This document shows, piece by piece, positions 8,707-18,190 of a stretch of DNA of 64,000 bases. Each line of letters starts with the position of its first letter. Within the stretch, counting starts at the first letter, position 1. Source of the stretch: a virus; IMG/VR virus record IMGVR_UViG_3300049846_002076, positions 9,644 through 73,643 of that record. One strand, written 5' to 3'. The translations under genes and the position numbers were made by a program. The notes beneath the pieces were generated by a model. The model was not told the origin of the DNA. It searched no databases and saw nothing but the letters and a program-made list of their open reading frames with translations.

Positions 8707-9399
8707 CTACAAACTGGCAGTTCTGACTGCTTCCGCAATCACTTCCTTCGAAAAGTGTCCGTTCGCGTAGACGCTGTTCAGATGTCCTTCGCGAAAACAC
8801 CGGGACAACGCCGCCTGGGGCCGCTGCCTCGAGTTGCACCGCTCGACGAGCCACGCTCGATACGCAACCTGATGTGCCTCGCCGCGATCGTTGCTCAACA
8901 GATAGTCCTCGTGTTTAGCAACGTCGAAGATGTGCCGAAGGTGCTCCTCCCAGGCAGTCTTCACGTCCCGAATGAGCGTTTCCTCGTAGATTTGGTTGGG
9001 GCGCGGGAACATCGTCCAGCCCCGGTCTGCCGCACGGTTCATCGCGAAGCGAAGGGCGAAGTCATAGCGCACGCCGACGCGATCGCAGAACTGCCGGGCC
9101 CGCCACAGCGAGATGGTGTCGAGCGCCCGGTGAAAGATGTCCTTCTCGCCCTTCCAGACCTCGATGCGAAGTGCCTCATCAAGATCCTTGGTCTTGGCGT
9201 AAATGTCACGCACCGCTTTCTCGTATTCGTCCGCGAACAGGTAGGTCGCGAGAGCGGGGTGCATGGGCCGATAGTCCCACCACCGCGTCGTGTAGAGCTG
9301 TGCTTCCTGGGTGCGGGCAGCCTGTGGGATGCGAGTCAGCGCTCGCAGCTCCAGGTCATCCGAACTCAGGTCGATTCCGAAGAAGGTCTTGTTCCGCAT
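8707..9399 (-). CDS. Phage hypothetical protein, possibly replication related (start 9399 or 9417)
   Basis: About 230 aa with WWDYRPMHP and FPRPNQIY; heads the replication operon. Confidence 0.7.
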   Translation of the reverse strand: MRNKTFFGIDLSSDDLELRALTRIPQAARTQEAQLYTTRWWDYRPMHPALATYLFADEYEKAVRDIYAKTKDLDEALRIEVWKGEKDIFHRALDTISLWRARQFCDRVGVRYDFALRFAMNRAADRGWTMFPRPNQIYEETLIRDVKTAWEEHLRHIFDVAKHEDYLLSNDRGEAHQVAYRAWLVERCNSRQRPQAALSRCFREGHLNSVYANGHFSKEVIAEAVRTASL

Positions 9400-9417
9400 C
9401 CCCGTATGGATTCCCAA

Positions 9418-9465
9418 AATCAGTGCTTACTGACACATTATAGCGTCTGCGCTTGGATTCGTTAA
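9418..9465 (-). promoter_or_regulatory. Sigma70-like promoter of the replication operon with a downstream degenerate box
   Basis: TTAACG (9465-9460), 17 bp, TATAAT (9442-9437); AATCAgtgcTTACT at 9418-9431. Confidence 0.55.
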
Positions 9466-9534
9466 GTCCTTGAATTTGAATTTGAAATGGGCTATTTAGA
9501 GGGCGAACTTTCCAGGCCCCAACACTTTTTGGCT

Positions 9535-10296
9535 TCAGACGCCCTCGATTCCGATCTCGGGGATCGCGACCTCGTATGCCTGCACGATCTCCTGCACCAG
9601 ACCCGAGCGCACGATGTCCTTGCGCGTGAACTCAACGATCTTGACCGAAGGGATGTGACGGAGCCGATGCACTGCGTCGATCAGCCCGTTCGTTGGATGG
9701 TTGTGGTTGTCGTAGCAGTTGATGTCGCTCTGCATCGGGTCGCCATCGACGACACACTTCGATCCTTCCCCGAGACGGGACAGAAAGAGCTTCATCTGCC
9801 TGGGCGTGGTGTTCTGGGCCTCATCGAGGATGACGAAGGAGTTCTTGAAGGTGCGGCCCCTCATGTAGGCAAGAGGTGCAGCTTCGATGCGCCCCGACTT
9901 CAGCAGGTATTCGACCGCGCTCGAGCCGAGTCGCTCCTCGAGCACCTCCCTGAAGGGCGCGATGAAGGGCTCGTATTTCTCCTCCAGCTCGCCTGGTAGA
10001 AATCCGAGCGATTCACCCGACTCGACCGCGGGCCTGGTGACGATGATCCGCTCGACCGTCTTGTTGGTGAGCAACTGGGCCGCCAACACACCTGCGATGT
10101 AGGTCTTGCCTGTGCCGGCGGGCCCCAGTCCGAACGCGAGGGGAAAGGACTTGATGGCGTTGATGTAGCGTTTCTGGGCTTCGGTGCGGGCGTGAAGAGG
10201 CTCAGTATTCTTGACTCTGGAAGGAGGAGGGAACTCGGACTCGATCTGTTGGGGCTGGTCGTTTTTCGCGAACTTCTTCTTGTCCGGTTTTCTCAT
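9535..10296 (-). CDS. phoH: PhoH family ATPase
   Basis: GPAGTGKT, TRPAVESGESLGFLPG, AYMRGRTF, LDEAQN, GDPMQSD, DIVRS. Confidence 0.95.
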   Translation of the reverse strand: MRKPDKKKFAKNDQPQQIESEFPPPSRVKNTEPLHARTEAQKRYINAIKSFPLAFGLGPAGTGKTYIAGVLAAQLLTNKTVERIIVTRPAVESGESLGFLPGELEEKYEPFIAPFREVLEERLGSSAVEYLLKSGRIEAAPLAYMRGRTFKNSFVILDEAQNTTPRQMKLFLSRLGEGSKCVVDGDPMQSDINCYDNHNHPTNGLIDAVHRLRHIPSVKIVEFTRKDIVRSGLVQEIVQAYEVAIPEIGIEGV

Positions 10297-12227
10297 GCGG
10301 CTTTCTTTCCTTTGAGAGTGGCGATGACGGTATCGGGGAGCTCGTTGACTGAAATCGAGTCAGAGGGGTTCCTTGCACTGCCAGTGATTGCAGCCATGTC
10401 GACGACAATTCCAGGTCTGGTGGGCGTGATCGTGTCGGGAGCAGGGGGAGAGACCGAAGCGGAGACAGTCGGAAGAGGAGTGATGGTGATTTGTTCGGGG
10501 GACAGCACCACGATGTCGCCGACTGCAGTCGCTTGCACCACCGTGACGGTGATTGCCGGGATCGTGGAAACAGCGCCGCCGGCACCTGTCGCTTGGGCCG
10601 TCGGGGACTGAATGAAGAACGTGCCGAGCTCCCCAGATGCCGTCGCATCGACGACTGCGATCGCCTGGGGTGCCGAGATGTAGATCGTGCCCAGTGCCGA
10701 GCTCGCTGCAGCGGTTCCGGTCGCGGACGCTTGGGGCGTAGACACCGTGACTGTGGGCAGGGAACCAGTCGCCAGACCATTGACGTAGGCGATGCCCGAA
10801 ACCGGGCTGACCGTGATCGTGGGCAGGGATCCAGAAGCCTCTCCGACCTGACCGCCGCTCCCGAATCCGACGGGTGCCGAAACTGTGATCGTGGGCAGGG
10901 AACCGCCGGTGCTCGCTGTGCCGGTGCTCGAGCCGGTGGGCGCAGAAACCGTAATGGTAGCCAGTGCCCCGGTTGCATTCGCCGCCACCCCCGCAGATCC
11001 AGTCGGGGCGCTGACTGTGACCGTGACCAGGGATCCTGTCGCGGTGACGTTGCCTTCTCCGACGGCCGAACCAGCGATAGCTCCGATCGTAACCGTGCCG
11101 ATCGAGCCCGCAGCTCCAGCTCCGCCGGTTGCGGAAACGCTTGGGGCTGTGACGCTGACCGTCGAAAGGGCGCCCGTTGCCCCCGCGGCTCCGCTTCCTG
11201 TGCCTGCAGGAGCACTGATGGTGACCGTAGACAGACTGCCAGATGTGCTTGCCGCACCTGTAGCCGATCCCGCCGGGGCGCTGACGGTGACTGTCGGAAG
11301 ACTGCCAACCGCGAATGCCATGCTCGCGGCGGAACCCGAGATCGGACTGACGGTGACGGTTTCGATCGTAGCCGATGCACCTGCAGCTCCGGTCGCAGTC
11401 GCCGCCGGCGAACTGACCGTGACGGTCGGGAGAGCTCCTGTCGCAATGACTTCTGCCGCAGCCGAGCCGCTGATCGGGCTGACGGTGATGGTTGCCAGGG
11501 ATCCACTCGTCGAAGCCGCACCCGAGCCCGTAGCGGTCGGCGAACTGACTGTGACCGTGCCGACGGTCGCGGTTGCCTGGGCTGCGCCTGTCGCACTTCC
11601 CGAGGGGGTCGTGACCGTGACAGTAGACACCGCCCCGGACGCGCTAGCCGCCCCTGTGGCACTCCCAGAGGGCGCGGTGAGGGTGATTGTCGGGAGCGCC
11701 CCGGTAGCGCCCGCATCGCCCGTTGCGGAGGCCCCAAGGGGAGAAATGGTGACGGTCGCCAGGGCTCCGGTCGCATCCCCGCTGGTGCCTGCCGAACCCG
11801 CCGGGGAACTGACCGTAACGGTTCCGATCGCACCCGAGGTGCTCGCCGCACCCGATCCCGTGCCTGCGGGTGCTGTGACCGTGACCGTGGTGAGAGCTGC
11901 CGTGCCGGTGGCATCCCCGGTTGCCGAACCTGCCGGAGAGGTCAGGGTGACGGTGCCAATCGCAGCAGAAGCGCCCGCGGCACCTGTGGCAGAACCCGCA
12001 GGGGTCGTTACGGTGACGGTGACGAGGGCGGCAGAAGCCCCGGCGTCCCCTGTAGCGGAACCCGAGATTGCGGTGACTGTGACAGTGCCGATTGCACCGC
12101 TGGCATTCGCGTCGCCACCGGCGCTATCAGTGTATCCGTCGGTGTCGAACCATCCAACACTCTTCTGCGTCTCGTCGAACCAGGACGAGACCGCGAGACT
12201 CGGATCAAATTGTCCGAGGTTTGCCAC
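10293..12227 (-). CDS. Thr/Ala/Gly/Ser-rich tandem-repeat protein, probably virion surface
   Basis: More than 20 repeats of about 22-24 aa: A(S/T)GALxTVTVxAPxGSATG. Confidence 0.75.
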   Translation of the reverse strand: MANLGQFDPSLAVSSWFDETQKSVGWFDTDGYTDSAGGDANASGAIGTVTVTAISGSATGDAGASAALVTVTVTTPAGSATGAAGASAAIGTVTLTSPAGSATGDATGTAALTTVTVTAPAGTGSGAASTSGAIGTVTVSSPAGSAGTSGDATGALATVTISPLGASATGDAGATGALPTITLTAPSGSATGAASASGAVSTVTVTTPSGSATGAAQATATVGTVTVSSPTATGSGAASTSGSLATITVSPISGSAAAEVIATGALPTVTVSSPAATATGAAGASATIETVTVSPISGSAASMAFAVGSLPTVTVSAPAGSATGAASTSGSLSTVTISAPAGTGSGAAGATGALSTVSVTAPSVSATGGAGAAGSIGTVTIGAIAGSAVGEGNVTATGSLVTVTVSAPTGSAGVAANATGALATITVSAPTGSSTGTASTGGSLPTITVSAPVGFGSGGQVGEASGSLPTITVSPVSGIAYVNGLATGSLPTVTVSTPQASATGTAAASSALGTIYISAPQAIAVVDATASGELGTFFIQSPTAQATGAGGAVSTIPAITVTVVQATAVGDIVVLSPEQITITPLPTVSASVSPPAPDTITPTRPGIVVDMAAITGSARNPSDSISVNELPDTVIATLKGKKAA

Positions 12228-12230
12228 GGC

Positions 12231-13142
12231 TTAACTCACCGCGGCATACATCGAGGCAGTGCTGGAGGTCAGTGCGGCAGCGGGGTTGGGCAGTGCGGTC
12301 GTGAGACCCGTGGAGCTCGTTCCCGAGATGATCGGGGCCGTGCCCGCGAGCTGACCGCCGGTGCGGGCTGTGCCGCCCTTCATCGTGATGATCGTCGTGG
12401 CGGTCATGTAGAAGCCGATGTAGTAGAGGCCCGAAGTCGGCACACGGAACGCGGCCGTCAGCGGGATCGTCTTTACGGTGTTCGCCGCCCAGGCAGTCGT
12501 CGTCTGGTTCGCCGTGTTCGCGAGCAGGTTCCGGGTCGTGCCGTCGAAGATGCCCGCCGCGTAGTTCGTGGGCGTGCCAGCGGCGGTCGTCCCACTCGAC
12601 AAGATGATGTTGTTGATGACCTGACCCGCCGTCAGGTAGATCGCCTGCATGAAGAGCGTGCCGCTGGCCGAGGGCACAGTGCTGTTCACTTCGGGGCACA
12701 GTTCGCGGGGCATGGTTTCCGCGATCGTGCCGGTGATGCCGAGGTTCGGGCGAGCAGGCACCGTGTAAGAATATTCCCCACCCTGCGCGTCATGGTGAGT
12801 CCAGCTACCTTCCGCATCGAGAACGAGGTTTTCCCCCGGAAGCAGCGTCACACTCATCAGGTCTTCCGAGGTCGTTCCGTCGAAGTGCTGCACGGTCACC
12901 TGCGTGGCAACCGTGGCATGAGCGTTCGTGATGTTCAGGTGCTTGACGTTGCGCTGCGTGCTCGCCGCCGGGCTGCCGACGACCGTAGTCGTCGTATTGG
13001 TCGTGATCGCCGCGGTGTTCGTGCGCCCCGGAGTGATCGTGCCCGCATTGTTGTCCACCCAGGAAGCGTGAACCTGGATCGAAGATCCAGTCGTGCCAGT
13101 GACAACACGAATGATGTCACTGGTGCCGGTGAGCAGCAGCAT
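12231..13142 (-). CDS. Thr-rich beta-strand protein, probably virion associated
   Basis: 303 aa; lies between the repeat protein and a structural gene. Confidence 0.65.
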   Translation of the reverse strand: MLLLTGTSDIIRVVTGTTGSSIQVHASWVDNNAGTITPGRTNTAAITTNTTTTVVGSPAASTQRNVKHLNITNAHATVATQVTVQHFDGTTSEDLMSVTLLPGENLVLDAEGSWTHHDAQGGEYSYTVPARPNLGITGTIAETMPRELCPEVNSTVPSASGTLFMQAIYLTAGQVINNIILSSGTTAAGTPTNYAAGIFDGTTRNLLANTANQTTTAWAANTVKTIPLTAAFRVPTSGLYYIGFYMTATTIITMKGGTARTGGQLAGTAPIISGTSSTGLTTALPNPAAALTSSTASMYAAVS

Positions 13143-13155
13143 TCAGGACTCCCGA

Positions 13156-13578
13156 TTAGTTCTGGAAGCGCAGGGGCGAGGACAGCGTGACCGAGAACGT
13201 GCCGTTGGTCGCGGTCACGTCGGCGCCGAAGTCGACGTAGGCGACCAGTTCGTCGGCAGTCGAAGCGCCGCCGCGGGACTTGTAGATCACGCCAGCGCGT
13301 GCCGTGAAAGTCGATGCCGGCCAGGACGGGTTCGAGAACGTCACGTCGAGACGGTCGTTCGCGGTGTCCTTGCTCACCGTCGCGGTGACTGTGGCGCCCC
13401 CGGTCGTGTAACCGTTGCCGTTGGCGACCTCGCTGGTCACGGCAGAGCGCTTGAGGTCGGTGTCCTTGTTGGGCGTGTAGGCCGCCGTCACCAGCATCAT
13501 CTTGAAGGTGTCGGTGTCGAAGTCGATCGCGCCGCGGGCGAGGTCTTCGAGGCACGAGTTGTAGACGAGGGAAGCCAT
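13156..13578 (-). CDS. Phage structural-type protein (tail accessory)
   Basis: IDFDTDTFKMMLVT...EVANGNGYTTGG...LVAYVDFG; AAGGA RBS. Confidence 0.7.
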   Translation of the reverse strand: MASLVYNSCLEDLARGAIDFDTDTFKMMLVTAAYTPNKDTDLKRSAVTSEVANGNGYTTGGATVTATVSKDTANDRLDVTFSNPSWPASTFTARAGVIYKSRGGASTADELVAYVDFGADVTATNGTFSVTLSSPLRFQN

Positions 13579-13630
13579 GGCAAATCCTTTCCGGGATGGG
13601 TCAGTGGATTATGGTCGATTTCGCCTAGTT

Positions 13631-13644
13631 AGTCAATGCTGACT
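13631..13644. promoter_or_regulatory. Perfect AGTCA-ATGC-TGACT box
   Basis: At the gene boundary upstream of the 13578 gene. Confidence 0.75.
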
Positions 13645-14863
13645 ATTTCACCGCGAGAGGCGAAATCAGGGGGCGGTTCACGAACTCATGGGGCTCTCGG
13701 ACATAGAGCTTGCCCCCGACGACCGCATGGTCGGCGATCGGGACGTATTCGATCACCTGGCTGCGCGTATGGGTGTCGACGTGGACGAGGGCGAACCCCA
13801 TGTGCCACTTCTCCCCGACGCAGTAGGAGGCATCCCGGCGGTGCCCGCAGCCCATCTGGTGCCACTCGTAGGCCCCGTAGACGGGGCTGAAGTTGGGCCA
13901 GACGATGTGCGAGTGGTGGTGGCCGTTCACCCCCGGCATGCCCCAGGAGCGGCCGTCCGGGTAGTGATATGCGAGGAATGAATCCCAGTAAATTCGATAA
14001 TTGTTACGAAGCTCCTTCTGCACGTCCTTCTCGGTGTAGGCCGCCAGGTCAGCCTTGCCGACCCAGTTGACGTTGAACTCGTCCAGCTTGAAGAGCTTGC
14101 GAACGTCCATGTCGTGCAGTTCGGCGAGCACCGCCCGCAGCGCCGGCGTCTCGTCAGCGAAATGCCGCAGGATCCGGTATTCGTGGTTGCCTTCGATCAG
14201 GTCGATTTGGGCCTCCGGGGCAGCTTCCCGGGCGGGGCGAACGATCTGGTCGCGGAAGAACTTGATGCGACGCACCGGCCCCCACTGCCGCGGGTCGACC
14301 GTGTATTTGCCGAACTCGGGCAAGTCCATGCCGTCGCCCACGATGCTGAAGACTTCCGGCTGTGCCCGCTTCAGGGTATCGAGCATGACCCGCCTGAAGA
14401 ACGGGTCGATCTCCTCGTCGTGCAGATCGGAGACGAACATCCCCATCTGCCAACGCTTCTTGTTGGGGCGAAGGTAGCGCTCGCCCCACTCCGACCGTTC
14501 TGCTGCCACCGCCCGGTAGTGGTCGACCGAGGCATGCTTCGCGATCTGCCGCTCGAGGTTGTGCTGCTGCCTGGTGAGGATGATGCCGGCCTGGCGCTTG
14601 AACTCCTCGAAGGTGCCGAAGTGCGCGTTCCAGACCGACTCGGTGATGGGGCTCTTGTTGCGGAAGTAGTTGCGGGTGATGACCTTCTCGGGTTCCGCGA
14701 GCGCGATTGCCTTGAGGATCTCGATGCACGCTTCCGCGGTGCGTGGGGTCGGATCCTTGTGCAGAACGGTTTCAGAGAGCGGCGCCTTGCCGGCGTTCGC
14801 GGGTTTCTTGGGGACAGGTGCCTTCTTGGGTGCGACTGACGCTCTCGTTGTGCGAGACGGCAT
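13643..14863 (-). CDS. Calcineurin-like metallophosphoesterase with N-terminal helical domain (start re-called at MPSRTT)
   Basis: SDLHD, GDGMD, EGNHE and GHHH motifs. Confidence 0.82.
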   Translation of the reverse strand: MPSRTTRASVAPKKAPVPKKPANAGKAPLSETVLHKDPTPRTAEACIEILKAIALAEPEKVITRNYFRNKSPITESVWNAHFGTFEEFKRQAGIILTRQQHNLERQIAKHASVDHYRAVAAERSEWGERYLRPNKKRWQMGMFVSDLHDEEIDPFFRRVMLDTLKRAQPEVFSIVGDGMDLPEFGKYTVDPRQWGPVRRIKFFRDQIVRPAREAAPEAQIDLIEGNHEYRILRHFADETPALRAVLAELHDMDVRKLFKLDEFNVNWVGKADLAAYTEKDVQKELRNNYRIYWDSFLAYHYPDGRSWGMPGVNGHHHSHIVWPNFSPVYGAYEWHQMGCGHRRDASYCVGEKWHMGFALVHVDTHTRSQVIEYVPIADHAVVGGKLYVREPHEFVNRPLISPLAVK

Positions 14864-14886
14864 TGCGACTCCTGGTTGTTGAGGGG

Positions 14887-15486
14887 CTACTGCCGTTGCT
14901 GCTGGATCTTCTTCTGGTAGGCCGCGACGTCGTCTACGAGCGCGTCGTGGCGCTTCCCGAGCTCCCGGCACTGCCCGGCGATGAGGGCGAGGTGGTCGGA
15001 CACTTCGCGCAGTCCATTCTCGGAAGGGGTGCGCTTTTCTCCATCGCTCCATCCCGCGGGATCAGGAGCGGTGCCGTCGAGGGCGCGGTTGAGCAGGCCC
15101 ACAGCACCGACGCTGAGAGTAGAAGGCACGCAGTTGCACAGTTGCGGAGCAGTTGTTGAGCAGAGCGCATTGGGGTCTTCCTTCACGGAGTTCAGAGGCG
15201 TGGGAGGGATCGCGTCGGCGAGCTGACGCCGCAGACGGTCGTTCTCGGTTTTGATGGCGCGGTTCTCTTTCTGCAGCTTCTCGCCATCTTCCCTGGCTTT
15301 CACGGGAGCCGCGGCATCTTCCCTGGCGGTCTGCTGTGCCTGCTCGAGCTTCGCAGCGTCGGTTTTCCAGGCGTGAATCTTCCAACCAGCGACCCCGCCG
15401 AACACACCGCCGGCCACAAGGCCGATCAAAAGTGCGACGAGGAAGTTGCGAACCTCGGTGACGATGCCGAGACCGGGGATGTTCAT
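14887..15486 (-). CDS. Rz-like inner-membrane spanin (start re-called at MNIPGLG)
   Basis: N-terminal TM plus coiled coil plus Cys; follows holin and endolysin. Confidence 0.72.
   Translation of the reverse strand: MNIPGLGIVTEVRNFLVALLIGLVAGGVFGGVAGWKIHAWKTDAAKLEQAQQTAREDAAAPVKAREDGEKLQKENRAIKTENDRLRRQLADAIPPTPLNSVKEDPNALCSTTAPQLCNCVPSTLSVGAVGLLNRALDGTAPDPAGWSDGEKRTPSENGLREVSDHLALIAGQCRELGKRHDALVDDVAAYQKKIQQQRQ
14934..15170 (-). CDS. Embedded Rz1-like outer-membrane spanin lipoprotein (alternate frame)
   Basis: Signal-like CLLLSASVLWA-C lipobox and Pro-rich mature part nested in Rz; GGAAG upstream. Confidence 0.5.
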   Translation of the reverse strand: MRSAQQLLRNCATACLLLSASVLWACSTAPSTAPLLIPRDGAMEKSAPLPRMDCAKCPTTSPSSPGSAGSSGSATTRS

Positions 15487-15488
15487 GG

Positions 15489-15746
15489 TTACTCCTCCTT
15501 CTTGCTCGCTTCGGCCTGGCGCCGAATGCGATCGGGCAGCAAAGCGCCGAGCAGACCCACGACCAGCATGCCGATCGTGAGAATCGCCTCGAGGTTCTTG
15601 GGGCTCGCCCAGACGCCGATCGACGTGAGCGCCATGACGATGCCGCGCAGCGTCGAGGGCTCGGACATGCGGTCGAGCAGGTAGACGTAGACGCGAATGC
15701 ACCCCATACGGAATTTCTCGCCGAATGTCACCTTTTTCGCGTTCAT
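15489..15746 (-). CDS. Holin (2 TM; start re-called at MNAKKVT)
   Basis: RMSEPSTLRGIVMALT...ILTIGMLVVGLLGALLPD with charged tail; between endolysin and spanin. Confidence 0.72.
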   Translation of the reverse strand: MNAKKVTFGEKFRMGCIRVYVYLLDRMSEPSTLRGIVMALTSIGVWASPKNLEAILTIGMLVVGLLGALLPDRIRRQAEASKKEE

Positions 15747-16261
15747 GTGATGTCCTTCAATCCAACCAGGTATTCGGTCTTCATCTTGCCGGGGCGCTTC
15801 GGATCGGGGCGTTTCACCGCAGTGATGATTTCGCGACGACCCTTCTTGCCTTCCTTCGAAATGCTGACATGCACCCAGGAACCGAATTCGAGGATGATCT
15901 GATCGAAGTCGAGGTTGTAGACAGCGCACATGCGAACGATTTCGGTCGCCAGCACGAACGGTCGAACCCCGGCTACAGTCAGATCACCCGCGAGAGCCTC
16001 GGTGTGTGCCGACGGGGGAGAAACTGCCCCGCCTGCCTTGACGTTGAGGACTGGGCACCGATACCCCGAACTCACGTAGATGCCTTGCTTGAACAAACCC
16101 AGGCAGCCCGCGTTGAGCTCACCCAGGAACCACGACAGTCGCCGCGCATTCGGCAGCAGATCGGGCGGGATCGAGTTGTCGATGCCTTCGCGTGCCGCGA
16201 TCTGACTGTGTTCCAGCACATCCCTGCCGAACAGGGGATGAAAATTTACGGGAGAAGGCAT
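15743..16261 (-). CDS. Endolysin, peptidase M15 family (start re-called at MPSPVNF)
   Basis: SSGYRCPVLN...SAHTEALAGD...DQIILEFGSWVHVS. Confidence 0.88.
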   Translation of the reverse strand: MPSPVNFHPLFGRDVLEHSQIAAREGIDNSIPPDLLPNARRLSWFLGELNAGCLGLFKQGIYVSSGYRCPVLNVKAGGAVSPPSAHTEALAGDLTVAGVRPFVLATEIVRMCAVYNLDFDQIILEFGSWVHVSISKEGKKGRREIITAVKRPDPKRPGKMKTEYLVGLKDIT

Positions 16262-16611
16262 CAGTGTCCGAAGACCTTGCCGGCGATGGCGAACAGCGCT
16301 ACGCCGATGACGCCTACGATGAGGATCACGACGAAGACCTTGGCGAACAGTGAGCCCATGGTCTCGTCGAACCACTTCAAACCTCGACGCAGCCGATCGT
16401 GGTGAATGATGTGGTCGCTCGGATCCATCCTGCCGAGGATCGCGATACGGTTCTGCATGATTTCTTCGCGCAGGGATTCGCGCAGTCCTTCGAACTGTTC
16501 GGCGATCTCTGCGCGTGTCTCGACTACGATCTCCTGCGCTGCCTTCTGGGCCGCGGCGCCGGCGATGATTTCAAGAACTTCTCTTTCCATCGTGATGGTT
16601 CCTGTTGTCAT
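16261..16611 (-). CDS. Membrane protein with C-terminal TM (holin/antiholin-like)
   Basis: Helical N-terminus plus C-terminal TM; first gene of the lysis cassette. Confidence 0.65.
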   Translation of the reverse strand: MTTGTITMEREVLEIIAGAAAQKAAQEIVVETRAEIAEQFEGLRESLREEIMQNRIAILGRMDPSDHIIHHDRLRRGLKWFDETMGSLFAKVFVVILIVGVIGVALFAIAGKVFGH

Positions 16612-16643
16612 AGGGGCCTGCGCTCGCTTGCAGGATCAGAAGA

Positions 16644-16665
16644 ATTATAGCAGTCAGCGTTGACT
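16644..16665 (-). promoter_or_regulatory. Lysis cassette promoter: TATAAT plus perfect AGTCA-GCGT-TGACT box
   Basis: attata at 16644-16649; box at 16652-16665. Confidence 0.75.
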
Positions 16666-16668
16666 AAC

Positions 16669-16938
16669 TCAATCCCCGATCATTTTCAGCTTGGCGTTGC
16701 GCTTGATCGTGCCGACGCTTGCCATGCCTCCACGCGGGATACGGGAGCGAAGTTCGGGGGTCAGTGAGTGCTTGCGACGGTAACCGAGCTTCGCCATGAC
16801 CGTCTCCGCACGCGCCAGGGTGATGATGCGGTTGCCCCGCTTGCCCTGCATCGCGTCGAAGCTCGGCTGCTCGATCTTGACCGTCACCACGATCAGCCCG
16901 CCCTTCTTGTCGTCCTTGTAGAACTTGACCGAATTCAC
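16669..16938 (-). CDS. Small basic hypothetical protein
   Basis: 89 aa; AAGGAG RBS; GTG start. Confidence 0.65.
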   Translation of the reverse strand: MNSVKFYKDDKKGGLIVVTVKIEQPSFDAMQGKRGNRIITLARAETVMAKLGYRRKHSLTPELRSRIPRGGMASVGTIKRNAKLKMIGD

Positions 16939-16979
16939 TTGCGTCTCCTTATATAAGGTTTAAGGTGCCACTTGAAGGT

Positions 16980-17456
16980 TCACTTGCCACCATCATTCCA
17001 GCCCTGTGCCTGGCCGGGGTTGGGGAAGTCCATGCCGCGGGCCGCGCTCTCGTCGCCCTGAATCCGAAAGGCAACCGCGAAGCGACCGTTGAGTTTCCAG
17101 CCCACGTGCGTCTGCAGGTAGCTCCTACGCTTGTTGCCAGCCCATCGGATCTGGACTCCGATGAAGAACGGCAGCATCAGGCGAATGAAGAGCACACCGT
17201 TGTAGTAGAGGCTGTTCTTGTGGCCGTTGTTCTTGTAGGTGACCAGCGTGGGCATCGTCCCGGTGCGAATCGTTTGAGCCCCAAGCAGGCAGACCCGCAA
17301 ATTTCGGAAGTTCGGCTTCTCGAGCTTGGTCGGATCAGCCCATCCCCACTGCAGGGAGAAGACGGGCTTGATCCAGGTCAAGGGAATAGTGGAAAGCTCA
17401 CCGACCCAGTCGATGAGCTTCCACATGAACTTCAGCTTCGCAAACGGGCGGGCCAC
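16980..17456 (-). CDS. Trp-rich hypothetical protein
   Basis: 158 aa in the operon; start uncertain (GTG 17456 or ATG 17426). Confidence 0.6.
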   Translation of the reverse strand: MARPFAKLKFMWKLIDWVGELSTIPLTWIKPVFSLQWGWADPTKLEKPNFRNLRVCLLGAQTIRTGTMPTLVTYKNNGHKNSLYYNGVLFIRLMLPFFIGVQIRWAGNKRRSYLQTHVGWKLNGRFAVAFRIQGDESAARGMDFPNPGQAQGWNDGGK

Positions 17457-17466
17457 GTTCAGCCCA

Positions 17467-18168
17467 TCAGCAGGTGGTAGCGGGCGGCACCGGCCGGCAG
17501 GTTGCGTTGTTGCGGTTGTCGCCGGCGTTGTTCACGCTGTTGTTCGGGTTGTCGCGGTTGTCGCCGGAGCTCTGGCCGTAGTTGCCAGCCGAGTTGTCGC
17601 GCTGGTTGCCCGATCCCTGGCCCTGGTTGTCGCCGGTGTTGTAGGAGTTGTTGTAGGTGTAGGAATTGGGCGTCGGACGGGCGCTCACGCCGAGGATGAT
17701 GTCACGCCACATGGAGTTCGTGCTCTCAGCCTGCTTGGTGTGTTCCTTGGACTGAACCACGTTGCCCCACATCATGATGCCGGGCGCGAGACCCTTGTCG
17801 ATCGCGAGCAGGGCTGCCTTCTCGAGGAAGGACGGCTGCTCGACGTAGGCGGGCACGTTCGATGCCATCTTGTCGTAGGAGACCTCCGCGGTGCCGCCCT
17901 TCTCGAAGAGCTCCACGGGCAGGTTCACGGTGATCTCGGACACGCCGGACATGATCATGGGCTGGCCGTCTTTCCCCTTGATCGAGAGCACCTGGACGGT
18001 CTTGACCGCCTTGGCTTTCTCGATGTCGGCGGCCTTCTTCGCCTCGATCGCGGTCTTCACGACGTCCATCTGGGTCGCGTAGTTGGGGTCGGGCTTCTTG
18101 TCGAACAGACCGCATGCCGACAGCGTGAATGCTATCAGCAAAGCGAGGACGATCTTGAACACGTTCAT
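17467..18168 (-). CDS. Lipoprotein with Asn/Gly/Asp low-complexity tail
   Basis: MNVFKIVLALLIAFTLSA-C lipobox; AAGGAG RBS. Confidence 0.8.
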   Translation of the reverse strand: MNVFKIVLALLIAFTLSACGLFDKKPDPNYATQMDVVKTAIEAKKAADIEKAKAVKTVQVLSIKGKDGQPMIMSGVSEITVNLPVELFEKGGTAEVSYDKMASNVPAYVEQPSFLEKAALLAIDKGLAPGIMMWGNVVQSKEHTKQAESTNSMWRDIILGVSARPTPNSYTYNNSYNTGDNQGQGSGNQRDNSAGNYGQSSGDNRDNPNNSVNNAGDNRNNATCRPVPPATTC

Positions 18169-18190
18169 GGCTCTCTCCTTCTCGGGTCAG

